Source: Balanoglossus misakiensis
Lineage: Eukaryota; Animalia; Hemichordata
DNA length: 64,000 bases
Reading direction: 5' to 3'
Assembly: GCA_040954595.2 (NCBI GenBank)
Contig: CM082585.2
Coordinates: forward strand, 9,474,564 to 9,538,563
Shown: piece after piece, positions 60,301-64,000 of the stretch
How positions within the stretch are numbered: the first letter of the stretch is position 1
Layout: every line of letters begins with the position of its first letter
Made by a program: the position numbers and the translations under genes
Notes under the pieces: generated by a model
Database searches by the model: none
Seen by the model: the letters and a program-made list of their open reading frames with translations, nothing else
Told to the model about the DNA's origin: nothing

Positions 60301-61580
60301 TTAATCTTTCCCGAAAGCACCTCGAAATTATACACGCGCGATACCTCCAAACTTAAAGTTCGGTGTTATATTCGATATAGCCATGATTAAGACGGGACCC
60401 AGATGGGTTTTTCTTCTGGGCATGCGCGCTTTGCTGACTGAGGATCGTCGGCCTAATTTGTGAACCATATTGTTGCTACCGCGCGCGAGCAACATTATGT
60501 AAAGAAATACTTCTGGAAGGGTGAGCCACATCAACTAACTCTCTCCTCCTTGGGGCTAGATAAACGCATACTGGTCTAATGAAGAGGCTATTAACAATGC
60601 AAGGAATTACTCAGGGCAATATCACCCGAAATTCGTGACAGTGAATGGCTAATTAGTGGACAGAAGTCGTCACGTCGAAGCAGGGCCGGCGTAAAGCGCT
60701 ATCTAAATCTCGTCGACTCCGGCACCGGCGGCGGTTTCGCGGGGGCCGGGGCTAAATCTCCCGAGAGTCGGTGTTGATTTTCGACCTTGCTAATTGTAAC
60801 AGCGGATACTGGTAAATGAGACAAAGAGCGCCGCCGCCTTGAGCGGGGAAGTGGACGAGTGACGGTGGAATAGCTCGCACTTCGTTAGGCGAGGGAAAAA
60901 AAAGTTAACCTGGACCCGTGAGGCCTTGCAATGCACACGCTTTCTCCCTTGCGCTTCAATGAAATGTAATTGTTATTCGGTGTTTGCCACTTTACCTTAG
61001 CGGGTGTGGAACCATATTTTCGCGGGAGCTCGAGTTTCTCAGATTTGCGAAATGCAAAGAAAGTGTCGGAAACAGTGGGTGATGTACTATGGCAATCTCC
61101 CTCAGCTCCGATCCATAACTAACTTCATGAAACACGCATGTTATTATTATTTTTTCTTCGTGTACTTTTAAGCCGCTTATTATTTTTTCATATCCGCTCA
61201 GTGTAGGTTTGGGCAAAGATTAATCCGACATTATCACATATTTGAGGTTTGCCAATGGTGAACTTGAAGACTACACGGTCATATGTAACGAGTGCGCGTG
61301 GTGATCTTGCTTTTGGGCAGTGCGCAGGGATGGGGCTGTGTGCATTCTCACTGTTTACAAACTGTTTCTTTCTTTTCTAGACTCGCCGCCGGAAAAGTAC
61401 GAAGGGCAGGACGAAGGCGACTCACAACAGAGCAAAATCAAACAGCGCCGCAGCCGAACAAACTTCACTCTGGAGCAGCTGAACGAACTGGAGAGGCTGT
61501 TCGACGAGACACACTACCCGGATGCGTTCATGAGGGAAGAGCTCAGCAACCGCCTGGGTTTGTCCGAGGCCAGAGTTCAG
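57309..61580 (+). CDS. SHOX: Short stature homeobox (SHOX/SHOX2 pro-ortholog), first two coding exons; the gene continues beyond the window
   Basis: Exon 57309-57618 begins [13 protein letters not shown] (SHOX N-terminal motif). Exon 61381-61580 encodes [49 protein letters not shown] and ends at the typical paired-class homeobox intron before VWFQN. Phases agree. I did not find the next exon before 64000. Confidence 0.95.
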
Positions 61581-61606
61581 GTATGACGCACAGGGTATGA
61601 CGCGAC

Positions 61607-61706
61607 CTGATTGGTCAGTGTGGCACTTGACCCAGGTCACTTTCTGGACGGGACTAGCTGATTGGTCAGTGGGCACTTGACCCAGGTCACTGTCTGGACG
61701 GGACTA
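61607..61706. repeat. Tandem duplication of a 49-50 bp unit at the start of the SHOX homeobox intron
   Basis: CTGATTGGTCAGTG(T)GGCACTTGACCCAGGTCACT(T/G)TCTGGACGGGACTA at 61607-61656 and 61658-61706. Confidence 0.9.
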
Positions 61707-64000
61707 CTTTTTTTTTGCCAAGACCGCAGTACTCCTCTCGTTCAGATGAACAGATGGTACATGTATTTAGAAAAGAGAAGGGCGACTCAACGCCACAACA
61801 CGGCGGTCGCTACAACATCAGGAAGAGTGCAAAATGGATGTAGGCGTTTTTTTCTCAAACAACGCCACTGTCTCTTTTGCGCATGTTCCTTGTGCAGGGT
61901 AATATACCCGCAATATGTTCCTGCCGCCAGCTTCCAAACAAATATTGACAAAAATACTGCAATGAAAGCAAACCAGTGCCCCCGGTGAAATGACCAAACA
62001 GAAGTATTTGCCAGGGCATCAATTTGTTTACAGACACTCCTTGAGCACTTGTAATTGGATGATAAGAGAAGCAAACCGTTCTCAAAGAGACACGGGCATC
62101 CGTATTAGTGGTACGTTTGGAGAGCAGCTTAAAGCCAAAACGTATAAACATACGACCATTGGAGACTTTCTGAACCGTAATGAAACCCCCCTCCTGCTCG
62201 CTGTGTGCTCGAATTTTCCAATCAGTATAATTCGAATTACGGAGGTTTCAATTGACTCCCGCCGTCCGCGGCCATTATTTGAATGTGTCCGCGTATTGCA
62301 ATAATTGAATAATGATGGGGTGCGTAATCATGGAAATTTTATTAAAAGTGAAAACATTATTTTAATTAATGACGTGCTTTGTGACAGCCGGGTGGGGTAA
62401 GTCAATTTTGTATATAGACGAGAATGGCATGTGAGGGGGAAAGTTTGAGTTTTCAGGCGCTGATAGTCGTTTTACATGCAGACGAGACACCATCTAAATG
62501 TATACAGGCAGCTCAGTTGAAAACTATATTATAGTAGGTAAACATTGCAAGTTTGAAAGCACAAATGTTAGAGTTTCCCAATAATCAATTGTCACTAACT
62601 CGCCCGTTTCTTCACAAAAAGTCGCACAGACAAAGGAGGGAGCGATGTTCTTCAGTTCAAAACCGTTTTGAAATAATGATGTGATTAATTATTTATCTGT
62701 TGATGTGCATGTTATATTGTGACGCAAGCAGGCGTGTCGGGCACGCGTTGCCAAGCCCTTGGGGAAATCGATTGCTAAATATTGACAAATTTCAAATTAC
62801 AGCCCCTTTCGGTATCGTCAATAGAACTAATAAGAGTTAACAAATTAGTTGATAAAATATTAAGCAACGGGTTTCTTTACAATTTTTAAATGTTGTATAA
62901 TCGGGCGCTACATTACTTTTAATTACGAGGACGATTGTACACATAGGAGAGGTGTTTTATGGTGCCCACACAGCAAGTTCCATGGACTCCGGTGAAACCA
63001 AAAGAAATACTGCTAATTAATGGCTCAAATTCTAATAGCGAGATTGTGATCATTGGTAACCTGAAATTTGCCCCCTTTCCTCGCAGTTCACTTTCGATGA
63101 AGCTTCGGTAGTTTGGGCGAACATGTGAGGTGCTAGACGATAAACGTGTAAGCCTAATTAGTGTAATGGCTGCGTCGCTGTTAAACGGTTCAGTGTCTTT
63201 CCAAAGAATCACACAGTCCGTGCCTGGGTGATGGGCACGCTGCTTTATAAACCACTTAACTAAATTAACAAGATGCCTTATAGATTACGCCGATCATTCG
63301 TCATGAAAAAACATTTCATTTTACGTTTCGCTTCATTTGTTTTGTTTTTTTCCCGCCAATAAAAGTCACCCACCGTGGCCGGCTGTATTAACCTTTAAAG
63401 TGTGTGAAGCCGAACAAGACAAAAAAATTGTCACTGAAAAAAACCGACGCGGAAGATTTACAGTTGTCCGTGAAAAAAAAATAGTTTGCTTGTCGTATTG
63501 TTAGAATCGAGTTTTGACGGTCCGTGTGAAATCGGATTACCTGATTTCGATCACACCTTTGACCCCAACGTTGATGATTTGTGCAGGATGGAGATTGCTT
63601 AATGACGTGTATCGTTCAGGAGTCTGCTGATTGGCCGGTGATAAAATCTAACTCCTACAAGAAATATAGTCAAATGTATAGGTAAAGGTTATGTAGGGAA
63701 AATGACGGGTCAAAAGTATGTGTCTCCCTGTATTACCCTACAATCATATTTTGTCAGGTCTTGTTAGTACCAACCTATTTATGTTCCTTTGAATATGCAA
63801 ACGTATGTTGAAGGCCGCGACACAATGAAAATGTTTTCTTTTCTATTCTATATTTCCTTTTGCATGTAGTTATAGTGCACGCGTTCCTGGCTACCCGCCA
63901 CATTCATTACACTTCTCGTCGCAAGAACAATTTTCATTTCATTCCTACAGCGTTTTTTATCTCCTTCAACAAGTTGCCAAATTTTTACTTGAATTTAGAC

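Noticed and set aside
61320-61586. Calling the homeobox UNC-4/Uncx or another paired-class gene
   Set aside because: The upstream exon carries the SHOX-specific MEELxAFVxKSFD start, and the homeodomain reads [20 protein letters not shown], which is the SHOX sequence.

Overview
This is gene-dense, intron-containing DNA from an invertebrate bilaterian (probably a marine lophotrochozoan or ambulacrarian; the taxon is inferred). It is not prokaryotic, and I saw no CRISPR, rRNA or tRNA. Manual splicing gives this gene order: first coding exon of an unidentified gene (-), DAW1 (+, 10 exons), intronless POLR3F (-), a 5-exon nitrobindin (THAP4 C-terminal/DUF1794 type) with an apparent signal peptide (+, not recoverable from the ORF track), a GAPR-1/GLIPR2-like CAP protein (+), ANKRD42 (-), PIGZ (+), BCS1L (-), calpain-5 (+, with a GC-AG intron), a MOLO-1-like TPM-domain membrane protein (-), and the first two coding exons of SHOX (+) within a large non-coding region. 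The most notable observations are the apparently secreted heme/NO-type nitrobindin, the MOLO-1-like candidate receptor auxiliary subunit, candidate extra ANKRD42 exons, a piggyBac-type MITE, a triple-hairpin intronic element and clustered RFX X-boxes. Gene names come from recalled family motifs; no database search was run.
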